Source of the DNA: Sphingomonadales bacterium
GTDB taxonomy: Bacteria; Pseudomonadota; Alphaproteobacteria; SMXS01
Reading direction: 5' to 3'
NCBI GenBank assembly: GCA_022844405.1
Contig: JALHLV010000003.1
Location: forward strand, 74,846 to 98,845
Length of the DNA: 24,000 nucleotides
Each line of letters opens with the position of its first letter. The stretch's first letter is position 1. Below, one piece after another: positions 14,534 through 22,663 of the stretch. The notes below the pieces were generated by a model. That model was not told where the DNA came from, searched no databases, and was given only the letters and a program-made list of their open reading frames with translations. The position numbers and the translations under genes were made by a program.

Positions 14534-15088
14534 TTATTCGACCTCGACCAGCTTGGCTTCGAGGCACGCTTCGAACACGGCCATCATCGCCTTGAAGCTG
14601 GCATAGAAGGCCGCATGGAACTCGTCGGTCTGGACGGCGCCCGGCTTGAGCCGGTAGCCGCCGCGCTCGTCGGCCATCACAATGCCGGCCGCGACCAGTT
14701 CCTTCAGCTTGCGGCGCACCGTCTCGCGCGGCAGCCCCGTCGAATCCGCGATCGACAGCGCATTCGAGGGCGTCTGCAATTCCGGCGGAATACGGACATC
14801 CATGGATTCGTAGGGCGCGCGCTGCGGCCTCGCCATCAGCCGCTGGATGTTCGAGGCACCGAGGGCATGGAGGATCAGCAGCTTGGCGAGGTCGTTCTGC
14901 ATCTGCTGGCTATAGGTCGGCAGTATCTTGCAGAAACACTCGGACATCTCGTAGACGAAGATACGCGACTTGTCGCGGAACTCGGCTTGGGTCGCGACCT
15001 TCAGCCGGCGGTTCCCGCGCCGTGACGGCGACGGGGCTTCGCTCGTCGCGCGGGGTTGCGTCGGCTTGCCGTCCCACAAGCGATCCAT
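14534..15088 (-). CDS. Winged-helix transcriptional regulator, family unassigned
   Basis: ORF 14534..15097. ATG 15088 has GGGAAGG 9 nt upstream. The central segment NALSIADSTGLPRETVRRKLKELVAAGIVMADERGGYRLKPG is a clear wHTH whose wing resembles the Rrf2/IscR RGxxGGYxL wing. The low-complexity N-terminus and the position of the HTH are atypical. Confidence 0.6.
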   Translation of the reverse strand: MDRLWDGKPTQPRATSEAPSPSRRGNRRLKVATQAEFRDKSRIFVYEMSECFCKILPTYSQQMQNDLAKLLILHALGASNIQRLMARPQRAPYESMDVRIPPELQTPSNALSIADSTGLPRETVRRKLKELVAAGIVMADERGGYRLKPGAVQTDEFHAAFYASFKAMMAVFEACLEAKLVEVE

Positions 15089-15241
15089 GTCGTACAACCT
15101 TCCCTAGCGCCCCCGCCGTAACAATGCATGAACTGACAGGCCTCCGTCATGTCAAATACAACCCGGTCACCTGCAAATTTTAGTGGCTTTCGGCACTTAC
15201 CGGTGTCCGCTGCATCTTTGGTCTCGAAACGTCTCCGATAT

Positions 15242-15262
15242 AGATGTATATTATATACATCT
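15242..15262. promoter_or_regulatory. Perfect 21-bp palindromic operator candidate (NsrR-box-like)
   Basis: AGATGTATAT-T-ATATACATCT: 10-bp arms that are exact reverse complements. It ends 17 bp upstream of the truncated-hemoglobin ATG (15280), in the divergent intergenic region shared with the wHTH regulator. Confidence 0.5.
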
Positions 15263-15279
15263 TAATTCCGGGTAAGAGC

Positions 15280-15738
15280 ATGACGATTCCAGTCCGTTCC
15301 CTTCGCGGCGCGACCACCCACGAGACGGTCCGGCAGACCGGCATCGACGAACCGATGATCCGCCGGCTGGTGGACGCGTTCTATCACCGCGTCCGCGCCG
15401 ATCCGGTTCTCGGCCCGATCTTCGACGAACGCGTCGCCGACTGGGACGAGCACCTCGCCACCATGCGGCGCTTCTGGTCGTCGGTGGTGCTGATGACCGG
15501 GGCGTATCACGGCGAGCCCATGAAACACCATGCGCCGCTGCCGGTAAGCGGCGCCCATTTCGACCGATGGCTGGCACTGTTCCGGCAAACCGCGGCCGAT
15601 GTCTGCCCGCCGACCGCCGCCGCCCTGTTCATCGACCGGGCCGAACGCATCGCCCGGAGCCTGGAGATGGGCATCGCCGTCTCGCGCGGCCAGCTATTGC
15701 GCCGCGACGAGCGTCTTGACAGCGCGCCCGTCCGGTAG
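15280..15738 (+). CDS. Group III truncated hemoglobin (trHbP/Ctb-like globin)
   Basis: ORF 15244..15738, start taken at ATG 15280 (MTIPVRSL...). LVDAFYHRVRADPVLGPIFDERVADWDEHLATMRRFWSSVVLMTGAYHGEPMKHHAPLP...FDRWLALF follows the Campylobacter Ctb-type pattern FY..V..D..LGPIF...W.EH......FW....L..G.Y.G.P...H..LP. Confidence 0.8.
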   Translation: MTIPVRSLRGATTHETVRQTGIDEPMIRRLVDAFYHRVRADPVLGPIFDERVADWDEHLATMRRFWSSVVLMTGAYHGEPMKHHAPLPVSGAHFDRWLALFRQTAADVCPPTAAALFIDRAERIARSLEMGIAVSRGQLLRRDERLDSAPVR

Positions 15739-15906
15739 CAAATACCGGCGCCTCACCCGATCGAGGGATTTATGTCAGAGTCCGCAGCCATCCGCTGACC
15801 GCTTCGCCTGATGCGAGGCATGTCCACGCTCCCGCAGTCCGGGCCGGCGCGCGTTGCCGCCTGTCCGCCGCGGAGCGTCCGGCGACGATGTCTGCGAGAC
15901 TCTTCC

Positions 15907-16164
15907 ATGAACATTTCCAGGACCGAACAGCGCGTGCTGCACGTGCTGGCGCAAGGCGGCATCATCCGCCACGCGCGCGACGGCAAGGGCCATGTGACCG
16001 CCGTCGAATGCTTTACCAGGGACGGTTACCTGCTCACCGACTGCACTCTTCCGGTATTCCGGCGGCTCAAGGGCCGGCGGCTGATCGAATCCCGCGGCGG
16101 CGCGCCCTATCGCATCTCGCTGCAGGGCCGGCTTGCGGTGCGGTCGCAGCCGGACAACAGGTGA
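15907..16164 (+). CDS. yjhX: YjhX/TopAI family protein (UPF0386; topoisomerase I inhibitor toxin homolog)
   Basis: ORF 15811..16164. From ATG 15907 the 85-aa product [85 protein letters not shown] aligns end to end, by eye, with E. coli YjhX (MNLSRQEQRTLHVLAKGG...AQPDNR). Confidence 0.85.
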   Translation: MNISRTEQRVLHVLAQGGIIRHARDGKGHVTAVECFTRDGYLLTDCTLPVFRRLKGRRLIESRGGAPYRISLQGRLAVRSQPDNR

Positions 16165-16170
16165 CCCACC

Positions 16171-16689
16171 CTAGCGCAGGCTCTCGATCCGCGAACGATG
16201 CAGCGCGACGAACGACAGCGCCTCCGACGCATAGGATTTCAGCATCTTGTCGCCGCCGCCCTGCGCGTAATCCGCCAATAGCTTCACGCTGTAGTCATGC
16301 GACGCCTGCTGGATGGCCAGGAAGGCCGCGTCGAACTCTTCGGCCTTCACGGCCTTGAGCTGGTCGACCCGGGCGGTGTATTCGGCGTTCAGCTTGGTCT
16401 GCGCGTATTTCGGGGCGAACGCCGCCAGCCGGGAATTGGCCAGCGACTGGTCCTCGACGATCTCGCGGGCCAGCTTGCGCACGTCCGCGTCCATCGCCCG
16501 GTCGAGCGCCAGCTGCGCCACCTCGACATCGAACAGCCCGGCCAGGCTGGCGTCCCGCGCGAACGCGGCGGCGGCCTGCTCCTCGCCGGGCGTAACCGCC
16601 TGTGACACCGTCGCGACCTTCTCTCCGGCGCTGGCCCCGCCGTGTGCGAGAAGAACAGCGGCCATCGCCATGCATACGATGGAACGCAT
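16171..16689 (-). CDS. DUF4142-family secreted protein
   Basis: Signal peptide MRSIVCMAMAAVLLAHGGASA, AGGAGG SD upstream. Two helical repeats (FDVEVAQLALDR..., FDAAFLAIQQASHDYSVKLL) are typical of DUF4142. Confidence 0.7.
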   Translation of the reverse strand: MRSIVCMAMAAVLLAHGGASAGEKVATVSQAVTPGEEQAAAAFARDASLAGLFDVEVAQLALDRAMDADVRKLAREIVEDQSLANSRLAAFAPKYAQTKLNAEYTARVDQLKAVKAEEFDAAFLAIQQASHDYSVKLLADYAQGGGDKMLKSYASEALSFVALHRSRIESLR

Positions 16690-16773
16690 GAAATCCTCCT
16701 AATGTGATGCCGGCATGAACGCCGCGGCCCTGCCGCTTGTTCCCCGCCGTCTCGGCGCTTGCAATGGGTGCCG

Positions 16774-16797
16774 ATTTAATTAACAATTGGATTAAAT
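16774..16797. promoter_or_regulatory. Inverted repeat upstream of the VOC-ArsR-SRPBCC cassette (candidate ArsR operator)
   Basis: ATTTAAT-TAACAATTGG-ATTAAAT: 7-bp perfect arms around a CAATTG core. It sits in an AT-rich patch about 25 bp upstream of the VOC start codon. Confidence 0.3.
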
Positions 16798-16823
16798 ATT
16801 TCTCCATCCCGGAAGGAAATGCC

Positions 16824-17285
16824 ATGTCCAATCCGTTCAACCGGCCCGCCTTCGGCTCGGCCCTGTTCTACAAGGATCCTTTCGCCGCCCTCGACTTCCT
16901 GGAACAGGCGTTCGGGTTCGAGCGCACCATGGTGATCACCGATGCCGACGGCAATCTGGGCCATGCCGAGATGAAGTTCGGCGACGGCTACATCATGATC
17001 GGCGGCGAGTGGACGGACTACGTGGCCAGTCCCGCCTCGACCGGTGGCCGCAACACCCAGTCCATCCATGTCCACCTCGACGGCGGCGTCGACGCCCACT
17101 GCGACCGTGCCGTCGCCGCCGGCGCCGTCGTCGTCCGCCCGCTGGAGGACCAGTTCTACGGCGACCGCACCTATTCGGCGCGCGACCCCGAAGGCCATGT
17201 CTGGAGCTTCGCCCAGAGCTTGCGCTACGTGTCGCGCGAGGAAGCCGAGCAGGCGAGCGGCCTGAACATCGAGGGCTGGGTTTGA
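16824..17285 (+). CDS. VOC (glyoxalase/bleomycin-resistance/PhnB-like) family protein
   Basis: ORF 16737..17285, start ATG 16824 after GGAAGGAAA. FYKDPFAALDFLEQAFGFE...GHAEMKFGDGYIMIGGE...RPLEDQFYGDRTYSARDPEGHVWSF is the characteristic VOC fold signature. Confidence 0.8.
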   Translation: MSNPFNRPAFGSALFYKDPFAALDFLEQAFGFERTMVITDADGNLGHAEMKFGDGYIMIGGEWTDYVASPASTGGRNTQSIHVHLDGGVDAHCDRAVAAGAVVVRPLEDQFYGDRTYSARDPEGHVWSFAQSLRYVSREEAEQASGLNIEGWV

Positions 17286-17638
17286 GCGCCCAGGCTGCCC
17301 GGAACGCCTTGCCGCGAACCGCGCTCGACGACACGCTGGCCGCCCTCGCCGATCCGCACCGCCGCCGGGTCGTCGACCTGCTGCGTCATGGCCCGCGGCG
17401 CGCCGGCGAGCTGGCGGAAGCGGCCGGCCTCAGCGCCCCGGCCATGAGCCGCCACCTGCGCAGCTTGCGGGTCGCCGGCGTCATCGAGGAATCCCATCCG
17501 GCATTCGACGCGCGCGTGCGCATCTACCGGCTCAGGCCCGGCGCCATGGCCGGCATCAAGGAATGGCTGGACGAGACCGAGCGGTTCTGGACAGGCCAAC
17601 TCGCGGCGTTCAAGGCCCACCTGGAGGGCGGCGGGTGA
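17282..17638 (+). CDS. ArsR/SmtB-family transcriptional regulator
   Basis: Part of ORF 17009..17638. LAALADPHRRRVVDLLRHGPRRAGELAEAAGLSAPAMSRHLRSLRVAGVIEE is a classic ArsR HTH. The proposed TTG 17282 overlaps the VOC stop (TTGA) and has GAGGG 7 nt upstream. The start is uncertain. Confidence 0.75.
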   Translation: MSAQAARNALPRTALDDTLAALADPHRRRVVDLLRHGPRRAGELAEAAGLSAPAMSRHLRSLRVAGVIEESHPAFDARVRIYRLRPGAMAGIKEWLDETERFWTGQLAAFKAHLEGGG

Positions 17639-18105
17639 CGTCCAGGGTGATGGTCTCGCTCCGCGTCGCCGCCACGCCGGAACGGGCGTTCGCGGTATTC
17701 ACCCGGGACATTGGCCTGTGGTGGCGGCATGACGGCCTGTTCGCCTTCGACACGGGCCAGACGGGCGTCTTGCGCTTCGAGCCGGGTCCCGAAGGCCGGC
17801 TGATCGAGGTCTATGAGGACGGCGACGTCTTCGAGATCGGCCGCGTAACCGCCTGGGAGCCGGGCCGCCGCCTTGCCCTGTCCTGGCGCCAGGCCAGCTT
17901 CGCCCGTGGTCAGGAAACCCGCGTGGAAGTCCGTTTCGATCCGGTCGGCGCCGAAACCCGCGTCACCGTCGTGCACAGCGGCTGGGACGCCATTCCCCAG
18001 CCTCACGCCGCCCGCCACGGCTTTCCGCTCGGTCCGTTCCAGCAGCGCCAGGCCGAACATTGGCAGCGACTGCTGGCGTCCTTCCGGGAAGCGGCTACTC
18101 GGTGA
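17635..18105 (+). CDS. SRPBCC (Aha1/START-like) domain protein
   Basis: Part of ORF 17563..18105. SLRVAATPERAFAVFTRDIGLWW...GRVTAWEPGRRLALSWR...TRVEVRFDPVGAETRVTVVHSGWD is typical of the SRPBCC partners of ArsR regulators. GTG 17635 overlaps the ArsR stop (GTGA) with GGAGGG 8 nt upstream. The alternative start is ATG 17650. Confidence 0.75.
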   Translation: MTSRVMVSLRVAATPERAFAVFTRDIGLWWRHDGLFAFDTGQTGVLRFEPGPEGRLIEVYEDGDVFEIGRVTAWEPGRRLALSWRQASFARGQETRVEVRFDPVGAETRVTVVHSGWDAIPQPHAARHGFPLGPFQQRQAEHWQRLLASFREAATR

Positions 18106-19501
18106 GGCCGCCGCCCAGCGCCACATACAGCGTCACCAGGTTGTCGAGCTGGCTGCGGCGCGTCGCGACCAGCGACTGCTCGGCGTCGAACAGGTTGCGC
18201 TCTGCATCCAGCACCTCGAGGTAATTGGCAACGCCGTTGCGGTAGCGAAGCTGCGCCAGCTCGGCGCTGTTGCGCTGGGAAACCAGCGCCTGCTCCTGCG
18301 CCTCCACCTGGTCGGAGAAATACCGCCGCGCCGCCAGTGCGTCGGCCACTTCGCGGAACGCGGTCTGCACGGCCTTCTCATAGCTGGCGACGGCGATGTT
18401 CTTGCGCGCCCTGGCCACATCCAGATTGCCCTGGTTGCGGCCGAAATCGAAAATCGGCAAGGTCAACGACGCCGGGCCGAAGCCCCAGCTCAACCCATCC
18501 TGGCCGACGCCGTTCTTGAGCTCGATGGACTCGTAGCCGCCCGACCCGGTCAGCATGATCCTCGGGAAGAACGCCGCCCGCGCCGCGCCGATATTGGCAT
18601 TGGCGCCGCGAAGCTGCTGTTCGGCCTGGAGGATATCGGGCCGGTTGAGCAGCAGGTCCGACGGCAAGCCGGCGCCGAGCCGATCGCTCATGCCCTGCGC
18701 CACCAGCGGCATCGGGTCGGGCAGCGGCCCGTCGATGGGGCCGCCTACCAGCACCTCGAGCTGGTTGCGCGTCGTCGCCCGCGCCCGCCTCAGGCTCGCA
18801 AGCTCGGTCTGAGCCTGGGTCAGCAGCGTCTCGGACTGCCGGTAGTCGAGCGCCGAGGTCACGCCCGCGTCCAGCCGGAGCCGGGCGATCTCCAGCCCCC
18901 GGTTGCGGCTGTCCACCGTAGCCTCGGCCAGCGCGATCCGCTCCTCGGCCTCGCGCAGCGCCAGATAGGCGCCAGCCACGTCGGCGATCAGGCCGATGCG
19001 GAACGCGCGCTCGGCCTGGACAGTGCCCAGGTAGCTGGCGCGCGCCGCGTTGCTCAGGCTGCGGACCCGGCCCCAGAAATCGATCTCGAAGCTGCTGATG
19101 CCGCCGCCGGCGCTGTAGCGTTCGATCGTTGTCGCCGCGCCGGCGCCGGCGGACGAGATCGAACCGCCATGGCTCCGCTGGGCCGAGGCCGTGGCGTCCA
19201 CCGTCGGCAGCAGATCGGCGCGCCGGATCCGGAACTGGCCGCGGGCTTCTTCGACGCGGGCCACCGAAATCCGGAGGTCCCTGTTGTTGACCAGCGCGGC
19301 GTCGACCAGCCGCACCAGCCGCGGATCGGCGAAGAACTGCCGCCAGCCGATCGCCGTGGCCTCGAACTCGCCCGCTTCCGGCTCGCCTTCCGTCGGATAG
19401 GCCGGCGCGGTCGGCATCGGCGGCTGCTTGTAGGCGGGCGCCATGGTGCAGCCCGCCAGCAGCGCCGCGGACACCATCGCCACGGCGAGCCGGCTACTCA
19501 T
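18095..19501 (-). CDS. RND efflux outer-membrane factor lipoprotein (NodT/OprM family)
   Basis: Lipobox MSSRLAVAMVSAALLAGC. The duplicated helical repeat pattern of OMF proteins is present. The start overlaps the RND stop by 8 bp. Confidence 0.9.
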   Translation of the reverse strand: MSSRLAVAMVSAALLAGCTMAPAYKQPPMPTAPAYPTEGEPEAGEFEATAIGWRQFFADPRLVRLVDAALVNNRDLRISVARVEEARGQFRIRRADLLPTVDATASAQRSHGGSISSAGAGAATTIERYSAGGGISSFEIDFWGRVRSLSNAARASYLGTVQAERAFRIGLIADVAGAYLALREAEERIALAEATVDSRNRGLEIARLRLDAGVTSALDYRQSETLLTQAQTELASLRRARATTRNQLEVLVGGPIDGPLPDPMPLVAQGMSDRLGAGLPSDLLLNRPDILQAEQQLRGANANIGAARAAFFPRIMLTGSGGYESIELKNGVGQDGLSWGFGPASLTLPIFDFGRNQGNLDVARARKNIAVASYEKAVQTAFREVADALAARRYFSDQVEAQEQALVSQRNSAELAQLRYRNGVANYLEVLDAERNLFDAEQSLVATRRSQLDNLVTLYVALGGGLTE

Positions 19502-22500
19502 CGCCGGCCCCCCGCGGCGCGCCCGGCACGGACGGCCTCTTGCGCATCAGCCACTTCCTCGTCGCCAGGTAGAACAACGGCACGAAGAAGATGCCGAACA
19601 CCGTCGCGGCGATCATGCCGCCGACGACGCCGGTGCCCACCGCGATCCGGCTCGCCGAGCCCGCGCCCGACGACAGCGCCAGCGGCAGCACGCCCAGGAT
19701 GAACGCCATCGACGTCATGATGATCGGCCGCAGCCGCAGCCGCACGGCTTCCCGTATCGCCTCTATGGTGCCCTTGCCTTCGGCTTCCAGGTCCTTGGCG
19801 AATTCGACGATCAGGATGGCGTTCTTGGCTGCCAGGCCGATGATGGTGATCATGCCGACGTTGAAATAGATGTCGAGCGACAGGCCGCGCGCCCAGGTCA
19901 GCGCCAGCGCGCCCAACACGCCCAGCGGCACGATCAGCAGCACCGCCACCGGGATCGCCCAGCTCTCGTACAGCGCCGCAAGGACCATGAACACGATCAG
20001 CAGCGACAGCAGAAGGAGCGCGCCGACCTGCCCGCGCGATTGCTGCTCTTCATAGGACAGGCCCGTCCACTCGAAACCATAGCCGTCCGGCAGTCGATCG
20101 GTCAGCCGCGCCATCTCCTCCATGGCCTCGCCTGTCGAGTATCCGGGCGCCGGCGTGCCGGAGATGTTCATCGACGGATAGCCATTGTAGCGTTTGAGTT
20201 GCGGCGGGCCGGCCGTCCATTCGGCCGTCGTGAACGCCGAGAACGGCACCATCAGGTTCTGGTCGTTGCGCACCCTGAGCGAGAGGATGTCCTGGGGCGT
20301 CATCCGCGCGGCCGCGTCGGCCTGCAGCAGAACACGCAAGACCCTGCCCTGATAGTTGAAGTCGTTGGCATAGGCCGAGCCGAAGGCGATCGACAAGGTC
20401 TGATTGATGTCGTTGATCTGTAGCCCCAGCGCCCGCGCCTTCACCCGGTCGATCAGCACCTTCACCTGCGGTGCATCCTCCATGCCTTCAGGACGCACGC
20501 CGGCCAGCACCTTGCTTTGCATGGCCATGCCCAGCATCTGGTTGCGCGCCGCCAGCAACCCTTCATAGGAACCGCCGGCCTTGTCCTGCAGCCGATAGCT
20601 GAAGCCGCTGGCATTGCCCAGTTCCGGAATCGGTGGCGGGTTGAAGATGAAAACCTGGGCGCCCTTGACCTGCTGCAGCCCCATCATGAGGCGCATCGCC
20701 AGAACGCTTGCCTTGTTGTTTCCATCGGTGCGCTCGTCCCAGGGATGCAACGTGATGAACATCATTGCCGCGTTCTGGCCGTTGCCGAAGAAGCTGAAGC
20801 CCCGGATGGCGGCCACGGTCTTCACCTCGGGCTGCGCGAGGATAATCGCCTGCGCCGCGGTGACCGCCTCGTCGAGCCGCTCGAAGGTGGCGCCCGGCGG
20901 TGCCTGAACAACGCCGATCACGAAGCCCTGGTCTTCTTCGGGCAGGAAACTTGACGGCATGTTCACGAACGCCACGGCCATCAATGCGAACAGCAGGACG
21001 AATACACCCAACCATCGCAGCGGCCGGCCGAGCATCCCGCCGACCGCGCCCTCATAGCGTTCCGTGCCGCGCTCGAACACCCGGTTGAAGCGGCTGAAGA
21101 AGGGGCCCAGCATCCCCTTGCGGCGATCCCCCTCCTTGTGCGGCTTCAGCAGGGTCGCGCATAGCGCCGGCGTCAAGGTGAGCGCCATCAGCGCCGAGAA
21201 CGCCATGGAGACCGCGAGCGTCACCGAAAACTGCCGGTAGATACCGCCCGTGGATCCGGGGAAGAACGCCATGGGTATGAACACCGCCACCAGCACCAGC
21301 GTAATGCCGACCAGCGCGCCGGTGATCTGGCTCATGGCCTTGATGGTCGCATCCCTGGGCGACAGCTTTTCCTCGCGCATCAACCGCTCGACGTTCTCGA
21401 TCACCACGATGGCGTCGTCGACCAGGATGCCGATGGCCAGCACCATGGCGAACAGGGTCAGCACGTTGATCGAGAAGCCGAACGTCGCCAGGCCCAGGCA
21501 TGCACCCGCCAACGCCACCGGCACCACGATGGTCGGAATGAGCGTGGCGCGCAGGTTCTGCAGGAACAGGTACATCACCAGGAATACCAGGACGACGGCC
21601 TCGACCAGCGTCTTGGCGACCTCTTCGATCGATATCTGGATGAACGGCGAGGTGTCGTAGGGAACGCTCCAGGTCATGTCGCCCGGAAAGTCCTTGGCCA
21701 GCTCGGCCATGCGCGCCTTCACCGCGTTCGCGGTCGCCAGTGCATTGGCGCCGGTCTGCAGCTGCACCGCCATGCCGCCCATTTCCCGCCCGTTCAGCGT
21801 CGCGCGATTGCCGTAGGTCTGCGCTCCCAACTCCACCCGCGCCACGTCGCGCAGCTTGATGGTCGAGCCGTCCGGGTTGGCGCGCAGGATAATGGCGCCG
21901 AACTGCTCCGGGTTGGTGAACCGGTTCTGCGTGATCACGACGGCATTGAGCTGCGTTCCCGGTACGGTCGGCTGGTCGCCGATCTGGCCGCCCGCGGTCT
22001 GGCTGTTCTGCTCGCGCACGGCGGCCAGCGCCTCGGCGGCCGATATGCCGTAGCCGGTGAGCTTCTGGGTATCGAGCCAGATACGCATGGCATAGGGCGA
22101 ACCGAACAGCATGATGTCGCCCACGCCGGGCACCCGCTTCAACTCGTCGATGAGCCGGTTCGACGCATAGTTGCTGAGGGCCAGCTGGGTCATGCTGTTG
22201 CTGGGCGAGGTCAGCGCGATCATCATCAAGAAGCCGGAGTTGGCCTGGTTGACCTGCACACCCTGCTGGCGAACTTCCGCGGGCAGACGCGGCTCCACCC
22301 GGCTCAGGCGATTCTGCAGCTCCATCTGCGCCACATCGATGTCCGTGCCTGACCGGAACGTCACCGTGATCGAGGCCGAGCCATCCGACTGGCTGGTCGA
22401 GGACATGTAGAGGAATCCTCCGACACCGTTCAGTTCCTGCTCGATCACCGAGGTGACGTTCTTCTCCAGGGTCGAGGCGTCGGCGCCGGGGTAGAATGTC

Positions 22501-22637
22501 GAGATCGTCAGCGATGGCGGCGCGATCGAGGGGTACTGCTCGGTCGGCAGATCGCGCAGCGCCAGCGCGCCGCCCAGCATGATGGTGAAGGCGATGACCC
22601 AAGCGAAGATCGGCCGGTCGATGAAAAAGCGGGGCAT
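19494..22637 (-). CDS. RND multidrug efflux permease (HAE1, AcrB/MexB-like)
   Basis: 1047 aa. MPRFFIDRPIFAWVIAFTIMLGGALALRDLPTEQYPSIAPPSLTISTFYPGADA... is the canonical AcrB N-terminus. 12-TM architecture with two large periplasmic loops. Confidence 0.95.
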   Translation of the reverse strand: MPRFFIDRPIFAWVIAFTIMLGGALALRDLPTEQYPSIAPPSLTISTFYPGADASTLEKNVTSVIEQELNGVGGFLYMSSTSQSDGSASITVTFRSGTDIDVAQMELQNRLSRVEPRLPAEVRQQGVQVNQANSGFLMMIALTSPSNSMTQLALSNYASNRLIDELKRVPGVGDIMLFGSPYAMRIWLDTQKLTGYGISAAEALAAVREQNSQTAGGQIGDQPTVPGTQLNAVVITQNRFTNPEQFGAIILRANPDGSTIKLRDVARVELGAQTYGNRATLNGREMGGMAVQLQTGANALATANAVKARMAELAKDFPGDMTWSVPYDTSPFIQISIEEVAKTLVEAVVLVFLVMYLFLQNLRATLIPTIVVPVALAGACLGLATFGFSINVLTLFAMVLAIGILVDDAIVVIENVERLMREEKLSPRDATIKAMSQITGALVGITLVLVAVFIPMAFFPGSTGGIYRQFSVTLAVSMAFSALMALTLTPALCATLLKPHKEGDRRKGMLGPFFSRFNRVFERGTERYEGAVGGMLGRPLRWLGVFVLLFALMAVAFVNMPSSFLPEEDQGFVIGVVQAPPGATFERLDEAVTAAQAIILAQPEVKTVAAIRGFSFFGNGQNAAMMFITLHPWDERTDGNNKASVLAMRLMMGLQQVKGAQVFIFNPPPIPELGNASGFSYRLQDKAGGSYEGLLAARNQMLGMAMQSKVLAGVRPEGMEDAPQVKVLIDRVKARALGLQINDINQTLSIAFGSAYANDFNYQGRVLRVLLQADAAARMTPQDILSLRVRNDQNLMVPFSAFTTAEWTAGPPQLKRYNGYPSMNISGTPAPGYSTGEAMEEMARLTDRLPDGYGFEWTGLSYEEQQSRGQVGALLLLSLLIVFMVLAALYESWAIPVAVLLIVPLGVLGALALTWARGLSLDIYFNVGMITIIGLAAKNAILIVEFAKDLEAEGKGTIEAIREAVRLRLRPIIMTSMAFILGVLPLALSSGAGSASRIAVGTGVVGGMIAATVFGIFFVPLFYLATRKWLMRKRPSVPGAPRGAGDE

Positions 22638-22663
22638 GCCGGTTTCTGTTCCCTACCGCGCGG

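Noticed and set aside
14258-14606. Small ORFs 14258-14464 (minus) and 14355-14606 (plus) in the rtcR to regulator gap
   Set aside because: There is no SD. Third-position GC is far lower than in neighbouring genes. One reads through the T9 terminator tract and the other overlaps the 3' end of the regulator gene. They could be a degraded remnant, but nothing is recognisable.
15811-15906. 32-codon N-terminal extension of the yjhX ORF, and similar extensions of the globin (15244), VOC (16737), ArsR (17009) and SRPBCC (17563) ORFs
   Set aside because: The extensions are low-complexity or overlap upstream genes or operators. Homology-based N-termini and SD positions support the shorter starts.
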